A DNA stretch of 64,000 nt from Calditrichia bacterium (GTDB lineage: Bacteria; Calditrichota; Calditrichia; RBG-13-44-9; J075), in assembly GCA_050633245.1 (NCBI GenBank), contig JBOEGD010000001.1:192001-256000 (forward strand), read 5' to 3'. Position numbers and translations under genes: made by a program. Shown piece by piece: positions 47,844-58,051 of this stretch. The notes under the pieces are model-generated. The model did no database searches. It worked only from the letters and a program-made list of their open reading frames with translations, and was not told the DNA's origin. The stretch's first letter is position 1, and each line of letters starts with the position of its first letter.

Positions 47844-50800
47844 ATGTCTCCTGTAAATACAATTGGCCGCTACCGGATTCGCCGAAAGCTCGGACATGGC
47901 GCAATGGGCCTTGTTTATGAAGCTGAGGATGATGCGCTCGGGCGATCCGTTGCTATTAAAGTTATGCACGAATTTCTTAGTGATGACGAGGTTCAGACTG
48001 CGCGTTTTCTTCGTGAAGCAAAGTCGGCAGCTTTTCTACAGCATCCTAATATAATTACCATATACGAAGTTGGCACCGCCGACAATGTCCACTTTATTGC
48101 AATGGAATATGTAGCGGGGCAGTCCGTGCAGGATCTGCTCAACTCCGGTAAGGTCATTCCTCTCAATCAGACACTGGATGTTGTTTGTCAGGTTCTTGAG
48201 GGACTACAGCTTGCGCATCAAAAAGGAATTTTGCATCGTGATATTAAGCCGGATAATATTCTGCTAACGCAAAGCGGTGTTGCCAAAATAGCAGATTTTG
48301 GCATTGCCAAAATGACGAATGAGCAGGGTTTAACTGCCGATCAGGATATTCTCGGTACCGTGGAGTTCATGGCTCCGGAACAAATGCTGGGTGAGGAATT
48401 GGATGCTCGCAGCGATTTATACTCTGTGGGAATTATGACCTATCAACTTTTAACCGGTCGCGTGCCTTTTCGTGGCGATAGCCCGGTAGAAGTACTCTAC
48501 AAACAGCTTAACGATCAACCAAAGCCACCGTCTTTTTATAACAATACTCTTAGTCGGGCAATCGATATGGTGTTGTTTAAAGCTCTGCAAAAAGACAAGC
48601 AGCAACGCTGGGAAAACGCAAGTGCTTTTGCCAATGCGCTCAGGCGGGCATGTGATGGTGAGGCCGTGGGAGAACTGGAATTGCTCAGCGAGGATGCGCC
48701 GGGAGCTCAGCGCTCCTTGTTTGTCGGACGTGATTCCGAGTTTAATACGCTACTCGGTCTTTTTGCACGCTGCTCGACAGAAGAAGGGCAGGTTGCATTG
48801 ATCTCCGGACAGGCCGGAGTTGGCAAAACAGCCTTGGCTGATTACTTTGTTGAAATGGCTGCTGACGATGGTACTTGGACACTCTCTGCTGCCTGTTTGT
48901 ATCAGGAAGGACTTGATGCCTACCGACCTTTTTTGGACGCGATAAAGGCATTCTTCCGAGAAGAGGTGTTCAGACTTTCTCCCGAACACCGGCAGGCGCT
49001 GTTGGAAATCATACACGAGAAGATTCCTGTGCTCAGCGATTTTCTGGATACCCTCGAAGACGATTCAACCTCCCCGATTGCGCGGACAGAAAATTCTGCA
49101 TCTAAAGCAAATATTCTCGAAGGTATTGATTATCTGTTTAGCCTGTTGGCTACAATTAAGCCGGTTGTTTTTATATTGGATGACTTACAGTGGGCCGACG
49201 AGTCAACTCTGCGTCTTTTTCATTATCTCGCACGAAACGCCGAACACAACAGAATTTTAATCATCGGACTGATGCGTCTTTCTTCACAGGGGGGCGAGAT
49301 TGATGAAGCTGCATATGAGGTTACGAATACGATCTCTCGCCTAAAGCGTGAAATGAATGTGTCTACGATTGAATTGGCTCACCTGAGCGAGTCTGAGAGT
49401 GAACATCTACTGGACTTACTCTATCCATCGAATTTATTTAGTGCGGCCTTTTATCGCGAGATACATAAACAAACTACTGGAAACCCTCGCCTTCTGTTGG
49501 ATGTTATGGAAACGCTAGCCGATAGCGAACAGATTTTTTGCAAAGGTGAATTTTGGCAGGAAAAGTCCGGAAAACTATCAATAACGCTCAGTGTGAATCT
49601 CGAAGACGCGTTCCCGGATCAGCTCCGCAAATTGTCTTCAGAGGAACGTGAACTGCTTGATGTTGCCTCAGTCATCGGCTATCGTTTCGATCTCGGCGTT
49701 CTGGCATCCTTAATGGATATGAAGCGTATTACTCTCTTGCGAATGCTGCGTCGAATGGAACAGGAACTGCATATTTTTAAGAGCAGCGAAGAAGGGATGC
49801 AGTTTGTATATCCGGTTTTTCGAGACATCTTATATAATGAGATTCCCTTCTTGTTGCGACAGGAATATCATCTGCTTATTGCTGAGGAGTATGAAGAAAA
49901 ACCCGCTGAGGTTTTACAGGCCATTCCAGGAGATTTGGCCGGTCATTATTTGGCTGGTGGTAAGGTAGTGAAGGCGCTGCCCCTTCTTTACAAAGCTGCT
50001 GAACGTGCGTTTAATTTGATGGCCTACCGAGAAGCTGCTCACCTTCTTGATCACCTGATTTCATTGACCGAAGAAAAAGAGTTAATCCTTCCGGATGATA
50101 TTCCATCCACACAAATTTATTCCATGCTTGGCGTTTGTTATGAGGAACTCGGGGATCGGCAGCGCAGCCTGTCTATGCTAACGATTTATAAAGAACATGC
50201 TCAGCAGCAGCAGTTGATCGATAAAGAAGCAGATGCTTATCTCAAAATTGGACGTGTGCACGATCTATTAGGGAGCTGGGATGCTGCGTTGGAAAATTAT
50301 GATGCCTGCAGAGAGCTGACTACCCGGCACGAGTTATCGGATGGGTTGGGGGCAGTGCAAAACAATATCGGAGTTGTCTATTTCCAAATGGGTGACTTTG
50401 AGAAGGCGGCTACCTATTTCAAATTGAATACAGCCGACATATCGGGCATTGCTGATAAGGATCGGGCAAATTCTATTGCAGGATTGGGCATCTTAAGCAG
50501 CATTCGGGGGGAATATGAAGACGGGTTGGCTTACTATCGCAGTGCACTGTCTATTTATCAAAAGCTTCAGCTTCGCAAAAATCAAGCTGAGGCGTATCAT
50601 AATATTGGAATGTCCTTTGCCGATGTAAATGAGACTGACAAAGCGCTACAGGCTTATAGCACCTGCCTGAATCTCGTTCGCGATTTTGAAAGTGAACAGC
50701 TTCGCGGACTCACCTTTCTTAACATGAGTAAACTTCACGCCAAATTGTCTAACAATGATGAGGCCCACCCTTTATTGGCCAAAGCACGAAAAATCTTTCA

Positions 50801-51119
50801 GCGCTCTGAAGATCTTTTGAGTATTGGTGAGTGTGAATTGATCTCCGGATTACTTTATGCAAATGTTAAAGACTACAAGTCTGCCTCCGAATGTTTTAAA
50901 GAGAGCGTTCGTATTAATTCGGAGATGAAATTTCCGGAAGGGCTTGCAGAGAGCTATCGTGCGCTCGGAGACCTGTACCTGGCGCAAGATATTGCTATAG
51001 AGGCACTCACATTTTACTCAAAAGCTGCAGAGTTATATGAAGAGATGAATTCATTGTCAAAGTTTAGTGAGCTTTCCGAGTTGGTTGCATCAATAAATGA
51101 TGCGGTTAAAATAACTTAG
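47844..51119 (+). CDS. Ser/Thr protein kinase - STAND/AAA ATPase - TPR protein
   Basis: LGHGAMG, VAIK, HRDIKPDN, DFG, APE; FVGRDSE, GQAGVGKT, LDDLQWAD; C-terminal TPR array; no TM segment. Confidence 0.92.
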   Translation: MSPVNTIGRYRIRRKLGHGAMGLVYEAEDDALGRSVAIKVMHEFLSDDEVQTARFLREAKSAAFLQHPNIITIYEVGTADNVHFIAMEYVAGQSVQDLLNSGKVIPLNQTLDVVCQVLEGLQLAHQKGILHRDIKPDNILLTQSGVAKIADFGIAKMTNEQGLTADQDILGTVEFMAPEQMLGEELDARSDLYSVGIMTYQLLTGRVPFRGDSPVEVLYKQLNDQPKPPSFYNNTLSRAIDMVLFKALQKDKQQRWENASAFANALRRACDGEAVGELELLSEDAPGAQRSLFVGRDSEFNTLLGLFARCSTEEGQVALISGQAGVGKTALADYFVEMAADDGTWTLSAACLYQEGLDAYRPFLDAIKAFFREEVFRLSPEHRQALLEIIHEKIPVLSDFLDTLEDDSTSPIARTENSASKANILEGIDYLFSLLATIKPVVFILDDLQWADESTLRLFHYLARNAEHNRILIIGLMRLSSQGGEIDEAAYEVTNTISRLKREMNVSTIELAHLSESESEHLLDLLYPSNLFSAAFYREIHKQTTGNPRLLLDVMETLADSEQIFCKGEFWQEKSGKLSITLSVNLEDAFPDQLRKLSSEERELLDVASVIGYRFDLGVLASLMDMKRITLLRMLRRMEQELHIFKSSEEGMQFVYPVFRDILYNEIPFLLRQEYHLLIAEEYEEKPAEVLQAIPGDLAGHYLAGGKVVKALPLLYKAAERAFNLMAYREAAHLLDHLISLTEEKELILPDDIPSTQIYSMLGVCYEELGDRQRSLSMLTIYKEHAQQQQLIDKEADAYLKIGRVHDLLGSWDAALENYDACRELTTRHELSDGLGAVQNNIGVVYFQMGDFEKAATYFKLNTADISGIADKDRANSIAGLGILSSIRGEYEDGLAYYRSALSIYQKLQLRKNQAEAYHNIGMSFADVNETDKALQAYSTCLNLVRDFESEQLRGLTFLNMSKLHAKLSNNDEAHPLLAKARKIFQRSEDLLSIGECELISGLLYANVKDYKSASECFKESVRINSEMKFPEGLAESYRALGDLYLAQDIAIEALTFYSKAAELYEEMNSLSKFSELSELVASINDAVKIT

Positions 51120-51154
51120 ATCCAGAACTGTTTTGAAATTTGATCGGTGATAGT

Positions 51155-52141
51155 ATGTCTGAAACAATACAAGTTGATAAAGACCTGCGATTGGAAAACC
51201 AGCGTTTGCTCGCCGAGTTGGAAGATGCTTACAAAAGTATGGAGGCAATGTTAGCCCAACATTCGCATGAGAACAAAATCACCTACCAGGAACTTCTGCT
51301 TAAAGTAAATGCCTTGGAAAATCTGAACAAGGCGTTGACGGATAAAGAAAATAAGCTAATCAACTTGCAAAAAATGTCTTCGGTCGGATACTTTGTGGCC
51401 AACATTATTCACGAATTGAGTACGCCTCTAACCATCATCTCCGGTAGTGCCGAGCTCGCGCGTATGAAGGGCTGTACGCCTGCTGTGCACGATTATTTAA
51501 AAGTGATCTCTGAAAGTGTTGTGAGGCTCTACGATTTACTCGACCGTTTTCGTGGTATCTACGGCAGTGAAACAGAAACATTTAAGGTGTTTGATCTTGG
51601 CGAGCATCTGCGTTACACCATGGAAACCGTTTCGATTATAATGCCGTCTCATATAAATCTGGAATTGACAATTCCTGATAGGGCAATTCCGGTTGAGGGG
51701 GATTCTGATCAGCTTATGCAAATCTACCTTAATATTTGTAAAAATGCCTTTGATGAGCTGCTTAACTGCGGCAACAGCTTGAGTGTTAAGGTCATAACTC
51801 TGCCCGCGAAGCAGTTACATGAAGAATTCAACGATACATATGCCTTTAGCCAGACTAGTACAGACTGGAGAAACATTGTTTCGCATCATGAGCAATTTGC
51901 TGCTGTGCGTTTTGGAGACAATGGTGGTGGTATTGCGCAAGAGCGTCTTCACAGAGTATTTGAAGCCTATCATACGTCGAAGCCTGAAGGAGAAGGCACC
52001 GGGTTAGGGCTTTCGATTTCTTCAGATATTATAACCAGACATAATGGCAATCTTGGCGTAGCCTCGGAAGAGGGAGTGGGGACTGAGTTTGTGGTATTAG
52101 TCCCGCTTGCCAGTCAATCTGATGGGAGAGAAAAGACATGA
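51155..52141 (+). CDS. Soluble histidine kinase without recognisable sensor domain
   Basis: Coiled-coil N-terminus; HELSTPL, QIYLNICKNA, DNGGGI, GTGLGL. Confidence 0.88.
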   Translation: MSETIQVDKDLRLENQRLLAELEDAYKSMEAMLAQHSHENKITYQELLLKVNALENLNKALTDKENKLINLQKMSSVGYFVANIIHELSTPLTIISGSAELARMKGCTPAVHDYLKVISESVVRLYDLLDRFRGIYGSETETFKVFDLGEHLRYTMETVSIIMPSHINLELTIPDRAIPVEGDSDQLMQIYLNICKNAFDELLNCGNSLSVKVITLPAKQLHEEFNDTYAFSQTSTDWRNIVSHHEQFAAVRFGDNGGGIAQERLHRVFEAYHTSKPEGEGTGLGLSISSDIITRHNGNLGVASEEGVGTEFVVLVPLASQSDGREKT

Positions 52142-52422
52142 CAATTACATGTAAGAAGTGCAGCAATAGCATGGAGCAGGCAGATAAATTCTGTGGGGCC
52201 TGTGGTGCCCCGAAAGAAAAGAATGTCGCCCCGCTGTTGGGAACCAAGGTCGATATGCAGCTCAGCGATATTCGCTACAATCTGGCGCAGGTTTATGTAA
52301 AAAAAGGCGACTTTCAAAAAGCACTGAACGTTTTCGAAAAGCTGCTGGAAGAAAATCCTGACAACTCGGAAATCCAGCTTCAGATAAATAGTCTAAAGAG
52401 TATGCTCGAAGTGAGCTCATAA
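52138..52422 (+). CDS. Zinc-ribbon + TPR small protein
   Basis: CKKC...FCGACG; YNLAQVYVKKGDFQKALNVFEKLLEENPDN. Confidence 0.8.
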   Translation: MTITCKKCSNSMEQADKFCGACGAPKEKNVAPLLGTKVDMQLSDIRYNLAQVYVKKGDFQKALNVFEKLLEENPDNSEIQLQINSLKSMLEVSS

Positions 52423-52441
52423 TACGATACCGGGGTCTGTT

Positions 52442-52831
52442 ATGCAAAAACATAGATGTGAAGAATGTAGTCACCTTAATAAAGAATCTAATCAGTTCTG
52501 CAGCAATTGCGGCGTTTCGCTAAATGATGAGCTAAAATATGGTCCACGATTGGTAATGATCTACGGAGACAATAACGAGGTGATTTTTCCTTTACGGGAA
52601 GACTATGTATCTATCGGAAGAGATAGTGAAAATCACATTGTTTTGGGCGACGAAAAAATCTCAAAAAATCATGCTGCAATCGTAAAAACGGACGACTTTT
52701 TTGCTATTAAAGATTTGGATAGCCGCAACGGTGTCTACGTGAACGGAACGAAAGTTGAAACGTTGCAAAAAATCTCCGGCGAAAGCCTGATTAAGCTCGG
52801 CTTTACGTTTCTTCGATTTAAGGAGAATTGA
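52442..52831 (+). CDS. Zinc-ribbon + FHA domain protein
   Basis: CEEC...FCSNCG; IGRD, ISKNHA, DLDSRNGVYVNG. Confidence 0.88.
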   Translation: MQKHRCEECSHLNKESNQFCSNCGVSLNDELKYGPRLVMIYGDNNEVIFPLREDYVSIGRDSENHIVLGDEKISKNHAAIVKTDDFFAIKDLDSRNGVYVNGTKVETLQKISGESLIKLGFTFLRFKEN

Positions 52832-52876
52832 CAGAAAAAAACAGGATGTGGGATAATTTTCCTGGGAGGGAACACA

Positions 52877-54517
52877 ATGAAATGTAACGGATTCTATAAA
52901 ACTATTGTTCTACTGACTTTTTTCTTCTGCTTTGCCTGCCAACAAAATGAAGAAACCAACCACGATGGAACCGCTTCACAACCTACACCCGGCGGCACCC
53001 TGATTGTTGGTATTCCGCAGGACATAGACACCTTCAATCCGCTCTTTAGCGAATCGATGGTTGCCAGCGAGATTACCCATTTATTGCTTCCCGGGCTTGC
53101 TGACCTCGATGCCAAGTCTCGTTTTGTGCCACAAACTTCTTCCTCCTGGAAATACTCCGATGGCGGCAAAAAGCTAACATATTTCCTGCACAAAAACGTA
53201 CGCTGGACCGATGGGACTCCCCTTACTGCCTCCGATGTGGTTTTTACATATGAACTATTAAAAGATGAGCGCGTTGGTAGTCCGAAACGCCAGTGGGTAG
53301 AGCTGATAGAAAAAGTTGAGGCCATTGACTCGTTTCAGGTGATGTTTACTTTTGCCCAGCCTTACCCGCTGAGTATCTTCGATACTGCTGGTGAGATACT
53401 CCCCAGGCATTACCTGATAAATGCTGAACGCACTCAGCTGAACTCTCATGCTTTTGGCAGAGAGCCGCTCTCATTTGGTCCGTATTTTCTGAAGCGCTGG
53501 AAGACCAGGCAGTTTATCGAACTCGCTGCAAATGACAACTTCTTTCGGGCTTCGCCATTTTTAAAAAGCCTCTTTTTTAAAGTGATTCCGGACGAGAACA
53601 ATCTGCTTATCCAGCTGCAAACCGGTGAAATTGATATGGCGATTGATGTGCCTGTTGATAAGGTTAAAGAAACGGTTTTAGCCAATCCCAATTTGAATGT
53701 CTACCCGCTATCTGGCCGTCTCTACTATTATCTCGGATACAATGAGGCACAGAAAAAGTTTGCTTCAACTCGTGTTCGCAGGGCTCTTACAATGGCCGTA
53801 AACCGCCAAATGATGATCGATGCCTTACTGGACGGCTATGGTCGTATTTGTCTCGGTCCCATTCCTCCAATGTTGTCGTGGGCATATAACGACACCATTC
53901 AGGAGATTCCGTTTAATCAGCAGCAGGCTAAAAAGCTGCTTGCCGAGGAAGGGTGGATCGATAGCGACGGAGACGGATGGTTAGATAAGGATGGCGATAC
54001 GTTTAATTTTGTTCTGAATACCGATGCCGGTAATGGTCGAAAGAAGGATATAGCCGTTGTTATTCAGGATCAGCTTAGGCAAATAGGGGTTAAAGTAGAT
54101 ATTAACCTTTTGGAATGGGGCAGCTTGATTAATCGTTTGGGAAAGCGCGATTTTGAAGCGTATATCGGTGGCTGGAATACCCCTGTCTATATTGATCCGA
54201 CGCCGATTTTTCACTCTTCCTCTGTCGATCTGTTTAATCATGGTGGCTACGCCAATTCCCGCGTAGATGAATTAATCGAGCAGGGGAGAGAGGAACTGGA
54301 TCAGAATAAAGCGGGTGAAATTTGGAAAGAGCTGCAGGCTATTATTTATAGCGAACAGCACTATAATTTCCTGTTTTGGGTCGATCGTCTGGTTCTTATC
54401 GATAAGCGCTTTAAAAACGTTACACCTATTCCGCTTAGCGCACTCTACAATATCGAAAATTGGTATGACGCCTCCCAGTCTCTGAAACATTTGACAGCCG
54501 CCGCCGATGGTGACTGA
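52877..54517 (+). CDS. oppA: Family 5 ABC substrate-binding lipoprotein (peptide/Opp-Dpp type)
   Basis: Lipobox CFAC; WTDGTPLTASDVVFTY, RVRRALTMAVNR, AKKLLAEEGW. Confidence 0.88.
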   Translation: MKCNGFYKTIVLLTFFFCFACQQNEETNHDGTASQPTPGGTLIVGIPQDIDTFNPLFSESMVASEITHLLLPGLADLDAKSRFVPQTSSSWKYSDGGKKLTYFLHKNVRWTDGTPLTASDVVFTYELLKDERVGSPKRQWVELIEKVEAIDSFQVMFTFAQPYPLSIFDTAGEILPRHYLINAERTQLNSHAFGREPLSFGPYFLKRWKTRQFIELAANDNFFRASPFLKSLFFKVIPDENNLLIQLQTGEIDMAIDVPVDKVKETVLANPNLNVYPLSGRLYYYLGYNEAQKKFASTRVRRALTMAVNRQMMIDALLDGYGRICLGPIPPMLSWAYNDTIQEIPFNQQQAKKLLAEEGWIDSDGDGWLDKDGDTFNFVLNTDAGNGRKKDIAVVIQDQLRQIGVKVDINLLEWGSLINRLGKRDFEAYIGGWNTPVYIDPTPIFHSSSVDLFNHGGYANSRVDELIEQGREELDQNKAGEIWKELQAIIYSEQHYNFLFWVDRLVLIDKRFKNVTPIPLSALYNIENWYDASQSLKHLTAAADGD

Positions 54518-55352
54518 TTTCGAAGACATGGATAACAATTTCAGAGTGGGTTCCAGTGGGGCTCAGCTGAACTCAAACTTGCTGTCTGTTCATCAACTTA
54601 CGCTCGGGATTGCAGGAAGAAAATCCCGAATAACGCTGTTGGAAGATATTTCTTTTTCTCTTAAAGAGGGGGAATGCCTTGGGGTTATCGGCGAGTCTGG
54701 TGCGGGAAAAAGTATGTTGGCACATGTGCTATTAGGTGTTCAGCCGGCAGATGCGCAAGTTGCCTCAGGTTTCATCTGCTTTGCCAACAAACTACTTAAT
54801 CCTGAAAACCCTAAAGACTGGCAATCGATTCGTGGCAATGAAATATCTATGGTTTTTCAAAATGCAGCGGAAGCATTAAATCCGCTGATTACTGTTGGAA
54901 AACAGGTTCAAAGGGTAATTGCAACTCACGGCTCGATGTCTGATTCCATGGCGCACAAACGGGTTTTATACCTATTTGAAGAGATGAATCTCAATAATCC
55001 GGAAATGGTTTTTAACTGTTTCCCGCATCAGCTAAGCGGTGGCATGAATCAACGTGTTATGTTGGCTATGGCACTTTGCGGTTCCCCACGCCTTGTTATT
55101 GCTGATGAACCAACTTCTGCGCTCGACAATGAATCCCGCGATAGAGTGCTTTCTCTGCTTGCGGCCTTTAAAAAAAAGCTTGGTTTCGCGCTTATCTTTA
55201 TTACACACAACATCGAGCTCGCGGCTGGTATTGCAGACTCGCTTGTGGTAATGAAAGACGGACGAATTGTTGAACAAGGTGTTTCCGACGTTCTGCTGAC
55301 AGCCCCAACTCATCACTACACCATGCAGATATTAGACGGGCAGCTTCCATGA
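54507..55352 (+). CDS. oppD: Peptide ABC transporter ATP-binding protein
   Basis: GESGAGKS, ISMVFQ, PHQLSGGMNQR, IADEPT, PTHHYT. Confidence 0.88.
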   Translation: MVTDFEDMDNNFRVGSSGAQLNSNLLSVHQLTLGIAGRKSRITLLEDISFSLKEGECLGVIGESGAGKSMLAHVLLGVQPADAQVASGFICFANKLLNPENPKDWQSIRGNEISMVFQNAAEALNPLITVGKQVQRVIATHGSMSDSMAHKRVLYLFEEMNLNNPEMVFNCFPHQLSGGMNQRVMLAMALCGSPRLVIADEPTSALDNESRDRVLSLLAAFKKKLGFALIFITHNIELAAGIADSLVVMKDGRIVEQGVSDVLLTAPTHHYTMQILDGQLP

Positions 55353-56134
55353 TAGCAGATAATGTGTCTCCGGTATTGTGCATTCAAAATTTGTGCAAAA
55401 GTTATCAGCAAAGTCATCGGATGCTGTCTGCATCGGATCGTTTTTACGCCATCAGAGATGTTAGCCTGGAGTTATTTAAGGGCGAGTTTGTTGCTCTTTC
55501 CGGGCCTTCCGGAAGTGGAAAGTCGACGTTGGGTCGCTGCATTGTATCGCAAGTGCAACCAGACTCCGGCGCCGTTATCTATTGCGGTGAGGATCTCTCA
55601 CACTTAACCGGAAAACAACTTGCCCATCGACGCAAATGTATTCAGTATATCTTTCAAAATGGCGCAGGAGCGCTTAATCCACGACAATCAATTGCCGGTT
55701 GCTTGAAGGAGGCTATTGCTGCAAATACGTCTTCTGCTGAGCATGCAACAGTTGCCGGACTGCTTGAGATGGTTGGATTAACTTCATCCTTAGAAAGTCG
55801 TTATCCGCATCAGCTTAGCGGAGGTCAGCAGCAGCGAGTTTGTATTGCGCGTGCATTGTCCGTTCACCCGCGTATAATAATTGCCGATGAACCGACCTCA
55901 GCGCTCGATGCTCCGCGGCGCAGGCAAATTGTTCAGTTGTTTTTGACATTGCAGCAGCGCCTTAATTTAACGATTCTCTGGATTACGCACGATCTTGCAG
56001 CCGTAGAACAACATGCTGATCGCATATTGCTTATGGATTGTGGCAGATTGAAGTCAGAACATTCATCGTGTAATGTCAATTCTGCAGTACTTCATCCTGG
56101 ACCGGAAACTATACCGACAGGTGAAGACCAGTGA
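55349..56134 (+). CDS. oppF: Peptide ABC transporter ATP-binding protein
   Basis: GPSGSGKS, YPHQLSGGQQQRVCIARAL, IADEPT. Confidence 0.86.
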   Translation: MIADNVSPVLCIQNLCKSYQQSHRMLSASDRFYAIRDVSLELFKGEFVALSGPSGSGKSTLGRCIVSQVQPDSGAVIYCGEDLSHLTGKQLAHRRKCIQYIFQNGAGALNPRQSIAGCLKEAIAANTSSAEHATVAGLLEMVGLTSSLESRYPHQLSGGQQQRVCIARALSVHPRIIIADEPTSALDAPRRRQIVQLFLTLQQRLNLTILWITHDLAAVEQHADRILLMDCGRLKSEHSSCNVNSAVLHPGPETIPTGEDQ

Positions 56135-57105
56135 TTCGCTACATCTTATACCGTTCTGGTTATTCTCTACTGCTTGTTTGGGGCATAGTCACCTTTACTT
56201 TCCTTCTGCTAAACGCAGTGCCGGGAGATCCGTCTACAATTTATTTACGACCGGATATCGATGCAGAAACCCTTTATTACCTGCGAAAGCATATGGGACT
56301 GGATCTGCCTATTTGGCAACGCTATTGGAATTGGCTTTTCGCGGCATCAAAAGGAATTCTGGGCATTTCATTTACGCATCACCGGCCGGTTCTCGATCTG
56401 CTTGCTGAAGCTTTGCCCAATACGCTGAGACTAACTATAGTTGTTTTTTTTCTGCAGCTGTTTGGAGGAATTGGTCTTGCCATCGTGATGGCCCTGATTC
56501 GTCGGCCGGTTATTCTAAAAGGCATAGAGTCTACTTTGGCCATTTGCTATTCTCTCCCCGGTTTTGTAATTGCATTATTTCTGATTTATGTGTTCTCGTA
56601 TCAGCTCAATTGGTTGCCTTCAGGTCAGATGCAAAGCATGTTGCCAACCGAAGGGCGTGGATATTTAGGCGATTTGTTTCGGCATACTCTTTTACCGGCG
56701 TTGGCGTTTGCCATTCCGCTTGGTGCGTTTACAGCAAGACTCACCTATGGCAACCTGTGCGAAGTGCTATCAAAACCCTATATTCGAACGGCTCAGGCTT
56801 ATGGCATTTCCCGCACACGCATACTCTTTTCCGATGCCCTGCGAAATGCCCTGCTTCCTTTAATTACAATGTCCGGACTATTCTTTCCGGTTTTGCTGGG
56901 CGGTTCGGTTATTATAGAAAATGTTTTTGCATGGCCGGGTATGGGAACAATTGCTGTTCAGGCAGTGCATGCCTATGACTATCCGGTAATAATAGCAGTC
57001 TCAATTATCTCTGCCATATCAATTGTTATTGGCAATCTGCTTGCGGATATCCTTTACGTAGTATGCGATCCGCGCATAAACCTTCACAATCAGGTTCAGG
57101 TATGA
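56131..57105 (+). CDS. oppB: Peptide ABC transporter permease
   Basis: PGDP, GLDLP, YIRTAQAYG, LRNALLP, IENVFAWPGMG, DPRI. Confidence 0.9.
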   Translation: MIRYILYRSGYSLLLVWGIVTFTFLLLNAVPGDPSTIYLRPDIDAETLYYLRKHMGLDLPIWQRYWNWLFAASKGILGISFTHHRPVLDLLAEALPNTLRLTIVVFFLQLFGGIGLAIVMALIRRPVILKGIESTLAICYSLPGFVIALFLIYVFSYQLNWLPSGQMQSMLPTEGRGYLGDLFRHTLLPALAFAIPLGAFTARLTYGNLCEVLSKPYIRTAQAYGISRTRILFSDALRNALLPLITMSGLFFPVLLGGSVIIENVFAWPGMGTIAVQAVHAYDYPVIIAVSIISAISIVIGNLLADILYVVCDPRINLHNQVQV

Positions 57106-57956
57106 GTTACTTGTATCTCAGCAATCTGGTTCATTCAGCCCGGGCGAAACGAGAGTCTGTTGCGAGTAATCCGATCCTTTGGCTTGCCGGTGCAGCTCTT
57201 TTTACCTTATTGCTGATCAGCTTTTCCAGCACAATGATGCTTGCCATTGATCCATTTCAACACGGAGATTTGTTGATGGATCGCTATAAGCCACCCTCTT
57301 ATGAGCATCTTTTTGGAACCGACAAGTTTGGTCGGGACGTTTTAGCAAGAACTCTCTATGGCGCACGCATATCATTGCTAATAGCTATTGGCGTGGTTTT
57401 GGTCGCTTTTTTTATTGGCACGTTGTATGGCCTTATTTCGGGCTATGCCGGGGGCTGGCTAGATCAAGGGATGATGTATGTGCTGGATTTTTTGCTGGCA
57501 TTTCCAGCAATCTTCTTACTCATGTTCTTACTTGCAATGTTTCAAATGAATCATTGGTGGCTTATTCCCATTCTTGGATTAACAGGCTGGATGGAAACAG
57601 CAAGATTGGTGCGAGCTGAGGTGCTCACCGTAAAGGAACGCGATTTCATGCATGCGGCAATTGGTTTAGGTTTATCGCGCTGGCGGATTATCAGTAGACA
57701 TATTTTGCCAAACGTGCTCACATCTGTTCTGATTACAATTCCGTTTAAGGTTGCAGACGTCATTCTTCTGGAATCGGCACTCAGCTTTTTGGGGCTCGGC
57801 GTCCAACCTCCAATCCCAAGTTGGGGGAATTTGATAAATGACGGCCGAAGTGTCTTGTTGAGCGCGTGGTGGATTTCTACAGCACCTGCATTGTTCATAT
57901 TATTCACTACCCTTATCTTTAATGTGATTGGAGATCGTCTGCGGAAACAGCTATGA
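57102..57956 (+). CDS. oppC: Peptide ABC transporter permease
   Basis: HLFGTDKFGRDVLARTLYGARISL, RHILPN, LSFLGLG, PSWG; ATG overlaps the oppB stop. Confidence 0.9.
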   Translation: MSYLYLSNLVHSARAKRESVASNPILWLAGAALFTLLLISFSSTMMLAIDPFQHGDLLMDRYKPPSYEHLFGTDKFGRDVLARTLYGARISLLIAIGVVLVAFFIGTLYGLISGYAGGWLDQGMMYVLDFLLAFPAIFLLMFLLAMFQMNHWWLIPILGLTGWMETARLVRAEVLTVKERDFMHAAIGLGLSRWRIISRHILPNVLTSVLITIPFKVADVILLESALSFLGLGVQPPIPSWGNLINDGRSVLLSAWWISTAPALFILFTTLIFNVIGDRLRKQL

Positions 57957-58051
57957 CAATTTTCCGTCGCTGCTGAAAAGAGGTATAAAATTGTCATATT
58001 CCTGCCAATTTCATCCGACACTATTACTGGAGACTTAGAAAAGAGGTAAGG

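Noticed and set aside
47844-51119. Avs/NLR-like anti-phage STAND system
   Set aside because: Context is signalling and peptide transport rather than a defence island, and there is no nuclease, TIR or SIR2 effector. Not fully excluded.
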